From: an uncultured delta proteobacterium
GTDB lineage: Bacteria; Myxococcota_A; Polyangia; Polyangiales; B10-G4
Direction of reading: 5' to 3'
NCBI GenBank assembly: GCA_963727445.1
Contig: CAVSGI010000020.1
Span: forward strand, 608,001 to 672,000
Length of the DNA: 64,000 nt
Shown here piece by piece: positions 1 to 9,725 of this stretch. A program made the position numbers and the translations under genes. The stretch's first letter is position 1. Each line of letters begins with the position of its first letter. The notes beneath the pieces are model-generated. The model saw only the letters and a program-made list of their open reading frames with translations. It made no database searches and was not told the origin of the DNA.

Positions 1-387
1 GCTCGCGTCGACGATCCGGACGCTCATCGTGCGGTCGCAGCAGCCCTCGACGACGAAGAGACACAGGTGCTCCGCGCGGCGCTCTCCGCGCTGAGGGCGG
101 GCAACACCTCCGCGGTCCCACGGGTCGCGGCGATCCTGCGCACCCACGGCGATTGGGCGGTGCGCACCCTCGCCGCGCAGACGCTCGGGCGTATCGGCGG
201 CGACGAGGGCCGCGCAGCGCTCGAGGAAGCGCTCGCCGAAGACGACTACGCCTTCGTACGACAGGCCGCGGCGCGCGCGCTCGCGACCCTCGGCGGCGCA
301 GCCTCGCGCCCGGCGCTCTCGCGCGCGGCCGAAGGCGACCCCGAGCCGCGGGTGCGCGAAGCGGCCGAGCGCGCGCTCGCGCAGTAG
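1..387 (+). CDS. HEAT-repeat protein, 3' part (5' end outside window)
   Basis: Frame open from base 1; repeats of type WAVRTLAAQTLGRIG / FVRQAAARALATLG / PRVREAAERAL. Confidence 0.8.
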   Translation, partial: ARVDDPDAHRAVAAALDDEETQVLRAALSALRAGNTSAVPRVAAILRTHGDWAVRTLAAQTLGRIGGDEGRAALEEALAEDDYAFVRQAAARALATLGGAASRPALSRAAEGDPEPRVREAAERALAQ

Positions 388-441
388 CACCCCGCCGACG
401 CGGCGTGCGTGGGGGTGTTGAGGTGGCCTCTACAATGGGCT

Positions 442-1914
442 CTATCCGAAAGCGGCTTGCATGCGGTCGGCGAGAGCCTCGACGACTGCCACGCGCGCGT
501 GGCGTTTGTCGTTCGCCGCGATGATCGTCCAAGGCGCGATCTCCGTGCTCGTCCGCTCGACCATGTCGTGCACCGCGAGCTCGTAGGGCTGCCACTTCTC
601 GCGGTTGCGCCAGTCTTCGTCGGTGATCTTGTGGCGCTTGAAGGCCACGCGCTTTCGCTCCTCGAAGCGACGCAGCTGCTCCTCGGAGTCGATGTGTAGC
701 CAGAACTTCACCACGACGATGCCGTTCTCGACGAGCGTCTCCTCGAAGTCGTTGATCTCCGAGTAGGCGCGGGCCCAATCCCACGCGGGCGAAAAGCCCT
801 CGACCCGCTCCACCAGCACCCGCCCGTACCAGCTTCGATCGAAGATGGTGAAGTGCGCGTGGGCAGGCAGGTTCCGCCAGAATCGCCACAGGTAGGGCTG
901 TGCTCGCTCTTCCTCGGTCGGTGCGGCGATCGGGACGACCTGGTATTGGCGGGCATCGAGCGCCCGGGTGACCCGGCGGATGGCGCCTCCCTTGCCGGCG
1001 GCGTCCCAGCCTTCGAAGACAGCGACTACCGAGCGATCGCGAAACGCCTTGTGCCTGCTGAGCCTGTTCAGCCTTTCCTGTGCCCTGGGGAGAGCGCGCT
1101 CGTATTCGTTCTTGTCGAGTGCTTGCGACAGGTCCACGTGCGAGAGCAAGAGCTTGCCGTCGACGGGGGTGTTGTCATCGAAGGTGATCTCTGGCTTGAC
1201 CTGTGGCTGCAGGGCGTGCTCCAGAGCGCGAAGCACGTGGCGTCCGACGGTGAGGTTGCGAAAGCGCGGTTCGTAGCCCGCGACCAGCTCCCAGGTCGTG
1301 CTCTCGCGGCTGGTCTCGCGGACCGTGCGCTCGGCGATGGCCAGGAAGCGATCGCGGCTCTCGTAGCCGCGCCAGTCCTTCTTCGAAACGCGCCAGCGCG
1401 TCTTCTTGTCCTTCTCGAGCTCTTCGAGACGCTTCTTCTGCTGCTTCTTGGAGAGGTGGAACCACAGCTTGAGGAGCACGACGCCTTCGTCGGTGAGCAT
1501 CTTCTCGAAGCGCCGGATGCGCAGAAGCGCCTGATCGTACTCGACGTCCGTGATGCGCCCGGCGATCCGATCCGCCATCGGCTTCGAGTACCAGGAACCG
1601 AAGAAGACGCCGGTCCGACCGTTGGGCGGCAGCGCGCGCCAGAAGCGATAGAGGCGCGGACGCGCGAGCTCTTCGTCGGTCGGTGTACGCATCGCGCGGG
1701 TGCGGACGTAGCGCGGGTCGAGCCAGTCGTTGAGCAGGTTGATGGTCTCGCCTTTGCCCGCGCCGTCGAGGCCCGAGACCACGATGACCACGGCCCGCTT
1801 CGGGTCGTCCTTGAGCGCCAACTGGGCAAAAAGGAGGGCCTCCCGGAGCTTCGGCACCTCCTCGCGGTACTGTGCTTTGCTGATTTTCCGGGGGATCTCG
1901 GCGACCTCGAACAT
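442..1914 (-). CDS. pap: Polyphosphate:AMP phosphotransferase (two-domain PPK2)
   Basis: Two PPK2 domains with Walker A motifs GLDGAGKG and GWDAAGKGG, plus FDRSWYGR; 490 aa. Confidence 0.92.
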   Translation of the reverse strand: MFEVAEIPRKISKAQYREEVPKLREALLFAQLALKDDPKRAVVIVVSGLDGAGKGETINLLNDWLDPRYVRTRAMRTPTDEELARPRLYRFWRALPPNGRTGVFFGSWYSKPMADRIAGRITDVEYDQALLRIRRFEKMLTDEGVVLLKLWFHLSKKQQKKRLEELEKDKKTRWRVSKKDWRGYESRDRFLAIAERTVRETSRESTTWELVAGYEPRFRNLTVGRHVLRALEHALQPQVKPEITFDDNTPVDGKLLLSHVDLSQALDKNEYERALPRAQERLNRLSRHKAFRDRSVVAVFEGWDAAGKGGAIRRVTRALDARQYQVVPIAAPTEEERAQPYLWRFWRNLPAHAHFTIFDRSWYGRVLVERVEGFSPAWDWARAYSEINDFEETLVENGIVVVKFWLHIDSEEQLRRFEERKRVAFKRHKITDEDWRNREKWQPYELAVHDMVERTSTEIAPWTIIAANDKRHARVAVVEALADRMQAAFG

Positions 1915-1956
1915 CGAAGGACCATACCGCCATCGCCGACGCCTTTTCGGGATTCG

Positions 1957-1986
1957 TTGACGGCGCGGCCCTCCATCGCCTACAAA
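1957..1986 (+). promoter_or_regulatory. sigma70-type promoter for the first FHA gene
   Basis: TTGACG-18 nt-TACAAA, ~40 nt before ATG 2025. Confidence 0.5.
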
Positions 1987-2024
1987 TCGCCAGGATTGCT
2001 CGGGTAAGGGGTGATTCGAACGAA

Positions 2025-3008
2025 ATGGATCAAGGCATCGGGATCGCGTGTGGTCAGTGCGACACGTTCAGCCCGATGGGTGTGGGCACCTGCCCAGCCT
2101 GTGGAGGCGACCTGTCGCTCGACCCTCGACCGAAGAGTCGAGAGGTGGCAGCCGCCCCTGCGCCCGAACCGACCCCGGCAACCGCCCCGTCGTCAACGAC
2201 GCTGACTAGAGAGGAACTGATGGAGCAAGCGCGCAATTACGTCTGCAAGCAGTGCTCGAGCCCGGTGCCGTCCGGCCACAAGTTCTGTGGCGCATGCGGG
2301 GCCACGGTTCCCAAAGAGATCCAGGATCTCCAGGTGGACTTCTTCGGCGCCATGCAGGCGCCGGGCAAGGCACGCCTGATCCTGATCCGCGGTGACCAGG
2401 GTGTCGACGGTCTCAGCTATCTGCTGCAGGGGACGGAGCACGTCGCCGGCCGGCAGGATGCACAGATCCTCTTCCCCGAGGACACCTGGCTCAGCCCGCG
2501 CCATGCGAACTTCATCTATCGCGGCGAGAAGCTCGTCGTGCGTGACGAGGGGAGCAAGAACGGCGTGTACGTTCGAGTTCGCCAGCCGGTGCCGCTCAAA
2601 GCGGGGGACCAGTTCCTCTGCGGTGACGAGGTCTTCCGGATCGACACCACGCCGAAGGACACTTCCGGCCCGGAGCCCGATCAGACCTATTTCTACAGCT
2701 CGCCCAAGCGCCCGAGTCCGTTCCGCCTGACCCAGGTGCTCAAGGGCGGCGCCGACGGCATGGTGTTCTGCGCGCGTGAAAACAACGCCACCATCGGTCG
2801 CGAAGAGTGCGACATGAACTTCCCGGACGACATCTACATGTCCGGCAACCACGCCAAGGTCGAGCTCAACGCCGATGGCTCGTTCACGCTCTCGGATCTC
2901 GGCAGCAAGAACGGCACCTACGCCCGCATCGACGGCGAGCAGGAGCTGTCGCACGGGGACTATCTCTTCCTGGGCAAGCAGCTCCTCCGCGTCGAGATGA
3001 CGACGTAG
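2025..3008 (+). CDS. Zinc-ribbon, tandem FHA-domain protein
   Basis: CGQC..CPAC and CKQC..CGAC ribbons; two FHA domains with GR, SxxH and GSKNG motifs. Confidence 0.88.
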   Translation: MDQGIGIACGQCDTFSPMGVGTCPACGGDLSLDPRPKSREVAAAPAPEPTPATAPSSTTLTREELMEQARNYVCKQCSSPVPSGHKFCGACGATVPKEIQDLQVDFFGAMQAPGKARLILIRGDQGVDGLSYLLQGTEHVAGRQDAQILFPEDTWLSPRHANFIYRGEKLVVRDEGSKNGVYVRVRQPVPLKAGDQFLCGDEVFRIDTTPKDTSGPEPDQTYFYSSPKRPSPFRLTQVLKGGADGMVFCARENNATIGREECDMNFPDDIYMSGNHAKVELNADGSFTLSDLGSKNGTYARIDGEQELSHGDYLFLGKQLLRVEMTT

Positions 3009-3065
3009 TCATGGAGAAGGCGAAGCGGGGCGCCGCGAAGCGGCGTCGCCGGGAGTGCGTAGCGC

Positions 3066-4736
3066 TCACTCGTTGGTGGCGATGATCCGCTCGACGACGG
3101 CGCGGTCCGCCGCGTTGGGGGCGAGCTCCAGGTAACGCCGATAGGCGCGGACGCCCTGAGCGGTCTCGTCGATCCGCATGTACGAACGCCCCAGCTCCTT
3201 CTGAACCCGCGCGCTCTGGGGCATCAGCCGCGCGGCCTCGCGGAAGCGGGTGATCGCCCCGCGGTAGTCGTTGGCGAGGAAGCGCTGCCGTCCCTCGCGG
3301 AACGCGATCTCACCCGGGCTCTCGGTGGGCGGGTCGGTGTTCTCCTCGGCGCTGCTGTCCGTGCGCCGCATTCCTCGAAACATGCGCGAGCGACCGCCGG
3401 TGTGTGGGCGCTCGGTGTTCTGTGAGGCGCCGGTGTCGGCCACCGCGACGACGAGCGCGTCGCTCGCCGCGTCGGTCGCCGCGTCGGGCTCGGTGTTCGC
3501 CACCCATGCGTCTTCGAGCGCCGCGTCTGGTTCCGAGTCGCCCCCATCCAGAGGCGGCGGGGTCGCGATGTGCACGGTGTTGTCGGTGCCGTTCGCTTCG
3601 TCGCGCTCGCGCGCGCTGTAAAAGGCCAGCCCCACCGCCGCGGCGCCGAACACCATGAGGAGGAACACCCACGCGTAGCTCTGAGGCTTCTCGTCGGCGG
3701 CCGTATCCATCTCGCCCACGTCGGTGTCGCCCTCGACCTCGAAGCTCCCGAGTGGCTTGTCGGCATCCTCGCCCAGCGCCCGCACCGCGTCGCGGAGCTC
3801 GGTGCTCATCGTCGCCGCATCGCCGTAGCGTTGCTCGCGGTCCTTGGTCATGGCCTTGAGGCACACCCGCTCGAGGACCATCGGGATGTGCCACTCCGGC
3901 TTGCGCACGCTCGGCGGAATCGGCCTTTCCGTCAGATGCTTGGTGATGATGCCGAGCGCGGATTCGGCCATGAACGGCAGGGAGGCGGTGAGCATCTGGT
4001 AGAGCATGCAGCCCGCGGCATAGATGTCGGCGCGCTTGTCCAGCTCTTCGCCACGCGCCTGCTCGGGCGCCATGTACTCGGGCGTACCACAGACGAAGCC
4101 AGTGACGGTGATCGCCGAGCCGCCCTCGGCTTCCTGGATCTTCGCGATCCCGAAGTCGCAGACCTTGATGTGCTCTTCACCGCTCGGTGATTCGAGGACC
4201 ACCACGTTTTCCGGTTTCAGATCACGGTGGATGATGCCGGCGTGATGCGCCGAGTCGAGCGCGCTCAACACCTGCTTCATGATCTCGTAGATCCGGCGCG
4301 GAGTGAGCGGGGCGTCCTCCTCGATCACCGCCAGCAGGTCGTCGCCGTCGAGGAGCTCCATCGCGATGAAGAGCGTTCCGTCCTTCGCTTCGCCGAAATC
4401 GATGATGTGGAGCGAGTTCGGGTGGCTCAAGCGGCTGGCGGCGCGCGCTTCTCGATGGAAGCGCTTTTTGACCTTGGGGTCGTTCGCGAGGTGCTTGTGC
4501 AGCACCTTGATCGCGATGTCCTTCTCCAGGGCCAGCTGGCGCGCTTCGTACACGCGACCCATGGCCCCTTCTCCGATGAGCTCGATGATCTCGTACTTGT
4601 CGGCGATCGTCCGCCCGATCATCGCATCGGCGTCGTCATCGTCTGCCTTGAGCGCGTGCGGCAGCGTGCGACCACACGCTTTACAGACTTCGTCGCCGGG
4701 GACGACCTTGGCGCTGCATCTCGGACATACGGCCAT
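3066..4736 (-). CDS. Membrane Hanks-type Ser/Thr kinase with N-terminal zinc ribbon and C-terminal TPR
   Basis: CPRC..CKAC; GEGAMG, IAIK, HRDLKPEN, DFG, GTPEYMAPE; one TM segment; C-terminal TPR-like helices. Confidence 0.93.
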   Translation of the reverse strand: MAVCPRCSAKVVPGDEVCKACGRTLPHALKADDDDADAMIGRTIADKYEIIELIGEGAMGRVYEARQLALEKDIAIKVLHKHLANDPKVKKRFHREARAASRLSHPNSLHIIDFGEAKDGTLFIAMELLDGDDLLAVIEEDAPLTPRRIYEIMKQVLSALDSAHHAGIIHRDLKPENVVVLESPSGEEHIKVCDFGIAKIQEAEGGSAITVTGFVCGTPEYMAPEQARGEELDKRADIYAAGCMLYQMLTASLPFMAESALGIITKHLTERPIPPSVRKPEWHIPMVLERVCLKAMTKDREQRYGDAATMSTELRDAVRALGEDADKPLGSFEVEGDTDVGEMDTAADEKPQSYAWVFLLMVFGAAAVGLAFYSARERDEANGTDNTVHIATPPPLDGGDSEPDAALEDAWVANTEPDAATDAASDALVVAVADTGASQNTERPHTGGRSRMFRGMRRTDSSAEENTDPPTESPGEIAFREGRQRFLANDYRGAITRFREAARLMPQSARVQKELGRSYMRIDETAQGVRAYRRYLELAPNAADRAVVERIIATNE

Positions 4737-4949
4737 CAGCGAAGAGCCGGGTTCTGCGAGCCGGAGGGGCGTTCATCGACCGACCGACCCGCCGACAGGG
4801 GGGCGGGCGCAATCTAGCACTCTGGCCCCGAGGGCGGTACGTCTGGGCGGCCGGGAGGCGCCGCCGCCCGTGCTTCGCGGCCTTTCCGCCCGCCGCCCCT
4901 GCACTTTTGGGGCGGTCCACGGCCCCGCTTTTCGGCCCCCAAACGCTCC

Positions 4950-4979
4950 TTGACCCCATCGGCGGGCGATGCCTATCCT
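4950..4979 (+). promoter_or_regulatory. sigma70-type promoter for the second FHA gene
   Basis: TTGACC-18 nt-TATCCT; GGAGGAG Shine-Dalgarno before GTG 5045. Confidence 0.55.
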
Positions 4980-5044
4980 CCCCGAACGCAAAGCGTTTTT
5001 CCCCCTCTCTCAGAGGGGTGTTTTCTGTCGCGTGGAGGAGCCCG

Positions 5045-6166
5045 GTGATCGTTTGTCCCAGGTGCGCCAAGGAAAATCAGGACCATTACAAGTTCTGCCT
5101 CGGCTGTGGGGCTGAGCTGCCCCGGGACGCAGCACAGCAGCCCAAGAGCTTTTCCGCGCCCACCCCCCCTGCGGGTTTTCCCAAGGAGGGCAACGCTGCC
5201 GTTGTAGGCAGCGGGCCGACGCCCGCTGCGGGCGCGCAGTTCGGTGGTGCGGCTGCCATGTCGCCGGGTGGTGGCGGTGGTGGTGCGGTGGCCGCGGCGA
5301 CGCCCGCGCCCCCATCCGCGCCTCAGCCGAGCGCAGCGACGCCTGCCCCCGCGGCCGGCGGCGGCATGCTGACCTGCCCGAAGTGCAACAACTCCGTGCC
5401 GCCGAACTTCAAGTTCTGCGGAAGCTGCGGTCATCCCATGGCCGAGGTGCAGGCGGCAGCAGCCGCGGCGCCCTCCAACGGAGGCGGTGCAGCCGCAGCG
5501 GCAGCACCCGCAGCGGCGGCGGCGCCGGCGGCGGACTCGGGCCGTGGTTCGCTCGTGCTGATCCGCCCCGACGGAACGGAGGGCGATGCCTTCCCCATCG
5601 GCGACTCGACCACCATCGGTCGCGAAACGGGCGCGCTCTTCGCCGCCGACTCCTATCTGTCGCCGACCCACGCCACCTTCTCGTTCTCCGGAAACGATCT
5701 CTCGGTGAAGGACGAGGGCAGCCTCAACGGCCTGTACGTCCGCGTCGACGCGGACGTTCCATACGAGCTCGCCGACGGGAGCATCTTCCGCATCGGCCAG
5801 GAGATCCTCCGTTTCGAGACCCTCGATCGGAAGGCGCCCGACGCGGACGGAGTCGAGCTGATGGGGAGCCCGGACCCGGGCTACCTCGGCCGGATCCGCC
5901 TGGTGATCGGTCGCGAGACCTACGGCAACAGCTACTGCGTTCCCCCCGAGGGCCTGCACCTCGGCCGCGAGCGTGGCGACATCATCTTCCCCGACGACGG
6001 CTACGTTTCGGGGCTGCACTGCCGTATCCACGGCGAGGGCGGCCGCATCTTCCTCACCGACGTGGGGAGCTCCAACGGCACCTTCATGCGCGTCGAGGGA
6101 TCAGCGCCCATCAAGAGCGGCTCGATGGTGCTGATGGGTCAGCAGCTCTTCCGCGTCGAGTACTGA
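5045..6166 (+). CDS. Zinc-ribbon, tandem FHA-domain protein (paralog of 2025-3008)
   Basis: GTG start after GGAGGAG; CPRC..CLGC and CPKC..CGSC ribbons, Ala/Pro linker, two FHA domains (GR, SxxH, GSxNG). Confidence 0.88.
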   Translation: MIVCPRCAKENQDHYKFCLGCGAELPRDAAQQPKSFSAPTPPAGFPKEGNAAVVGSGPTPAAGAQFGGAAAMSPGGGGGGAVAAATPAPPSAPQPSAATPAPAAGGGMLTCPKCNNSVPPNFKFCGSCGHPMAEVQAAAAAAPSNGGGAAAAAAPAAAAAPAADSGRGSLVLIRPDGTEGDAFPIGDSTTIGRETGALFAADSYLSPTHATFSFSGNDLSVKDEGSLNGLYVRVDADVPYELADGSIFRIGQEILRFETLDRKAPDADGVELMGSPDPGYLGRIRLVIGRETYGNSYCVPPEGLHLGRERGDIIFPDDGYVSGLHCRIHGEGGRIFLTDVGSSNGTFMRVEGSAPIKSGSMVLMGQQLFRVEY

Positions 6167-6195
6167 GCAGCTCGTTCGCGTCGAGTACTGAGCAG
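6141..6195 (+). repeat. 25-bp tandem duplication of the 3' end of the FHA gene
   Basis: agcagctcttccgcgtcgagtactg followed by agcagctcgttcgcgtcgagtactg (2 mismatches), then agcag. Confidence 0.85.
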
Positions 6196-6198
6196 ACG

Positions 6199-6918
6199 TC
6201 AGTCGAGGGCAGCGATCGCTGCGCGCGTCTCTTCGAGCGCCGCGAGTAGCTCTTCGGCCAGCGTCCGCTGATCGCCGTCGTTCGCCTTTTCCAGTCGCTC
6301 GGCGCGGAGCGCTACCCGCACGGCACCCATCGTCGCCGAGCTGCCGCGCAAGAAATGGGCGGTGCGCTCGAGCGTCTCCGCGTCTCCGTTCTCGAGACTC
6401 TCGCGGATCGCCACCATGCCGCGCTCGAGGTCGAGGGCGTAGGCCGCGACCACCCGTTCCAGCATGTCCTGCTTTCGAAACGCCGCGACCATCGCTTCGT
6501 CCAGGATGACGTCCAGCTCGGCCGCGGGCGCAGCCGGGCCAGGAAGGGAGATGCGCTGGGACGCCAGCATCCGCTCGAGCTCGTCGAGATCGATCGGCTT
6601 GGTCAGAAACCCGTCCATGCCGCATTCGACCGCGCGTTGACGATCCTCGTCGCGCACGTGGGCGGTGAGAGCGATGATCGGCACGCGGGCCAGGCCCTTC
6701 TCGCGTTCCCTCCGGCGGATCTCGGAGGTGGCCGCGTAGCCGTCCAGCTTCGGCATCTGCACATCCATCAACACGAGCTCGATGTCGTCCCGTTCGCTCG
6801 CGAGGGCGACCACCTTCTCGCCGTCCTCGGCCACCACGAAGGTGTAGTCGAGCAGCTCGAGCATCGAGGTGATCACCTCGATGTTGGTCGCGTTGTCCTC
6901 GGCGATCAGGACCGGCAT
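6199..6918 (-). CDS. Response regulator receiver plus Hpt domain
   Basis: IAEDN, LMDVQMP (phospho-Asp), ALTA, KP; C-terminal AHFLRGSS Hpt motif. Confidence 0.88.
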   Translation of the reverse strand: MPVLIAEDNATNIEVITSMLELLDYTFVVAEDGEKVVALASERDDIELVLMDVQMPKLDGYAATSEIRRREREKGLARVPIIALTAHVRDEDRQRAVECGMDGFLTKPIDLDELERMLASQRISLPGPAAPAAELDVILDEAMVAAFRKQDMLERVVAAYALDLERGMVAIRESLENGDAETLERTAHFLRGSSATMGAVRVALRAERLEKANDGDQRTLAEELLAALEETRAAIAALD

Positions 6919-6941
6919 CTCGAGCGATCCTACGACATCTG

Positions 6942-8774
6942 TCAGGGGTTGCTGACGCGCGTCGCGAAGCCAGTGAATGCGCCCGCCGGCGAGGTGTAGG
7001 TCATGGTGCCGATCGTCGCGTCCTCGCGGAAGCGACCGATCACCACGGCGCCGGTGGGCGCCCCGGCGACGTCGAAGGTGTTGAAGTCGCGGGTCGCACC
7101 GAAGGCGTGTGCCCAGGCCAGCGATCCGTCGTCGCCGTGGAAACCGATGAAGCCCACGGCGTCGGAGAAGCTCTCCCCGATGACCGTGGTGCCGTCGAGC
7201 GATTGACCGGATTCGATGTCGACGCCGCTGTAGAGCATGCCGCCGGCCGCGGCCAGGCTGCCGTAGCGATAGCGAATCGCGTAGGTGACGGAGGGCGGAA
7301 TTCCGCTAGGCGCCCAATACGGCGCGCCGACGCCGATGGGGCGCGCCCAGCGCAGCGTGCCGTCTGCGGCGAAGGAGCCGATCACCGCCGCCGCGCCCAC
7401 GAGCCCGGTGGTGTCGAAGGACGCGTCGACGAAGCCCCCGCTCCCATCCATCTCCGGTGGAAAGCCCGTGTGGAAGAAGACGTTCCTGGACTCGTCCATG
7501 GCGACGCCGAGGGAGAACTCGCCACGCGCGCCGCCCGCGGTATGAGCCCAGCGGACGCCCCCGCTGCCATCGAGCGCCGCGATGAGCGCGTCGCTTCCAC
7601 CTTCGGGCGTGGCGAGGCTGGTGCCACCGAAACTGAAGCCCGTGTCATAGGCGGCCTGCACGACCGCGCCGCCCATCGGATCGACGTCCATCGCGAAGAT
7701 CGCCTCGGTCCCGCCCGTTCCGTAAGAATAGAGCGCGGTGGTTCCGCCGCTGGTCCGGCGCGCCAGGAACATGTCCTGCCCGCCGGCGCTGGTGGCCGTG
7801 ACGCCGGTGCCGTAGCTCATGCTTCCACTGAACCAGCCCGCGATGTAGAGCGTTCCGTCGTCGCTGACGCCGGCGTCTGCCGAGTGGACCGTGCCGCTGG
7901 TCGCCTCGAGGAGCTCGAGGTCCGTGGTGGTGCCCGTCGCGTCGAGCACCCAGACGTACACGCTGCGGGTCGAGGCGCCCGTCGTGACCGTCGTTCCGTC
8001 GATGGTGAGGGACTCGGCGACCTCGCCCATGACGTAGGTGACGCCCGACGGGGCGAGGGCCACCGCCTGGACGGTGTTGTAATTGCCCGCGTCACTCGTC
8101 GCGACCCAGGAGGTGGTTCCGTCCTCGGCGATCTGCGCCACGTAGATGCGGTTTTCGGTCGCGCTGCCCGGCATGCTTCCGGTCCCGACGTCGATGTCCG
8201 ACCGGTAGATGCCGGCGATGGCGATGCGGTCCCCCACGTAGTCGCCCGCGTCGCCGTAGGAGGTCACCGATGACTGCGCCAGCACCGTCCAGCTGACGGT
8301 CGAGTCGAGACAAGAGCGGTCCACGCAGTCCGCGTCGATGTTGCAGGCGGTGCTGCACATACCGCAGTGATAGCGATTGTCCGAGAGGTCGGTGTCGCAG
8401 CTCGCCGGGTCGTCGCAACCGTCGAAGCCGCTCACGCACGAAAGGAGCGTGCAGGTGTCCATCACGCAGGCGACGTTGCCGTTGGGGACCGCACACTCGG
8501 TCGGCTCTTCGTCCACCGTGCCGTCGCAGTCGTCGTCCATGAAGTTGCAGGTCTCGTCGACGGGCACGCAGCCATCGACCGGTGCGTCCGGGGTCGCATC
8601 GGGGGTACCGGTGTCGGGCGGGCTGCTGTCCCCCCCGTCGGGGGAGCCGTCGACGCCGCTGTCCGACGGCGCCGCGTCCGTGGTGTAGAACATGGAGAAG
8701 TCGTCGATGGCCACGCAGCCCCCGAGGGCCAGCGCGACGGCGACAGCGAGCATGAGGGACGAGCTCGTTTTCAT
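6942..8774 (-). CDS. Cys-rich lipoprotein with beta-propeller-like C-terminus
   Basis: Lipobox LGGC; ETCNFMDDDCDGTVDE metal-binding-type motif; HCGMC repeat; repeated W(V/A)xxxG blades. Start moved from the long ORF call to MKTSSS. Confidence 0.7.
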   Translation of the reverse strand: MKTSSSLMLAVAVALALGGCVAIDDFSMFYTTDAAPSDSGVDGSPDGGDSSPPDTGTPDATPDAPVDGCVPVDETCNFMDDDCDGTVDEEPTECAVPNGNVACVMDTCTLLSCVSGFDGCDDPASCDTDLSDNRYHCGMCSTACNIDADCVDRSCLDSTVSWTVLAQSSVTSYGDAGDYVGDRIAIAGIYRSDIDVGTGSMPGSATENRIYVAQIAEDGTTSWVATSDAGNYNTVQAVALAPSGVTYVMGEVAESLTIDGTTVTTGASTRSVYVWVLDATGTTTDLELLEATSGTVHSADAGVSDDGTLYIAGWFSGSMSYGTGVTATSAGGQDMFLARRTSGGTTALYSYGTGGTEAIFAMDVDPMGGAVVQAAYDTGFSFGGTSLATPEGGSDALIAALDGSGGVRWAHTAGGARGEFSLGVAMDESRNVFFHTGFPPEMDGSGGFVDASFDTTGLVGAAAVIGSFAADGTLRWARPIGVGAPYWAPSGIPPSVTYAIRYRYGSLAAAGGMLYSGVDIESGQSLDGTTVIGESFSDAVGFIGFHGDDGSLAWAHAFGATRDFNTFDVAGAPTGAVVIGRFREDATIGTMTYTSPAGAFTGFATRVSNP

Positions 8775-8775
8775 C

Positions 8776-9591
8776 TCAGAAGCTCCCATCGACGGAGACT
8801 GCGACCTGACCTGGCGCCGCCGAGACGCCGAGCCGCGCCTGCGCGTCCTCGCTCCCGCCGGAACCGCTCGAGAGGTCGACCACCAGCAGGGTGACGCCGA
8901 CCGCAGCCAGCACCACCGCGATGGGGGTGAGCACCGTGGAAGCCACCGCGAGGGATTGTCCCGAGTCGATGTCCGATTGGCGGTCCGGGCTACAGGCGCC
9001 TCCCGGACAGCTGTCGACGAGGTCGTTGTAGGTGCCGTGAGCGGCGACGCCGGTGCCGATCGCCGCGATCCCGAGGGCCACGCCCGCGGCGGCCGTGATG
9101 ATCCCGACGATGCCCAGACCGCCGATGCCGCCCCCGTCATCCTCCGCGCCCGCGGCGCTCGCCAGGCTCGAGCTGGTCTCCTCGTCGGACTCGTCCACCA
9201 GCGCCTCGAGCTCGCCCTCGTCGGTCGAGGTGGCAACATCTCCGCCTCCCGCCCGCTCGCGGAGCGATTCCGCCCGGGTGGTGACCGTTCGACGGTCGGG
9301 ATCGTCTTCGGGGGTGACGGATAGCCACTCGTCGAGGGTGTCGGCGGCTTCGCCGAACATCCCCGCTCGCTCGTATGCCAGAGCGATGTTCAGGAGAAGC
9401 TCGGGGCGCTCGCTCAGCCGGTAGCTCTCGCGGAACTGCTCCGCCGCGTCTTCGTAGCGGCCCTGGTCCATGTAGGACCGGGCTGCGAGGAAGTGTCCAT
9501 GGGCGCGCTCGTCGTCGGACTGCGCCGCGACCACGGACGAGACGCTACTGAGCGTGAGCACCACCAGCGCTGTCGCGAGAACCCTCATCAT
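8776..9591 (-). CDS. Secreted TPR protein with C-terminal membrane segments (myxobacterial type)
   Basis: Signal peptide; TPR ARSYMDQGRYEDAAEQFRESY..LLLNIALAYE; two hydrophobic helices; ends VSVDGSF. Confidence 0.75.
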   Translation of the reverse strand: MMRVLATALVVLTLSSVSSVVAAQSDDERAHGHFLAARSYMDQGRYEDAAEQFRESYRLSERPELLLNIALAYERAGMFGEAADTLDEWLSVTPEDDPDRRTVTTRAESLRERAGGGDVATSTDEGELEALVDESDEETSSSLASAAGAEDDGGGIGGLGIVGIITAAAGVALGIAAIGTGVAAHGTYNDLVDSCPGGACSPDRQSDIDSGQSLAVASTVLTPIAVVLAAVGVTLLVVDLSSGSGGSEDAQARLGVSAAPGQVAVSVDGSF

Positions 9592-9725
9592 CGAACCCCT
9601 CCAAGCGACCGAGAATCGTCGGTCAGCTTACCCGATCATCGCATGGGATGTGCGGTCGAGTGGTGGACGATAGTACCCTCCGGTCAGGCCCGCGAAGCCG
9701 GGATGGACCGCGCGGCGCGGGATCG

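Noticed and set aside
853..2007. Long antisense and alternative-frame ORFs (e.g. 853-2007, 17480-20332, 47026-49035, 51651-53663)
   Set aside because: They shadow genes with clear family motifs; expected in high-GC DNA with few stop codons
8775..9239. 5' extension of the 765-aa ORF call (6942-9239)
   Set aside because: Overlaps the TPR gene; the signal peptide and lipobox start at 8774
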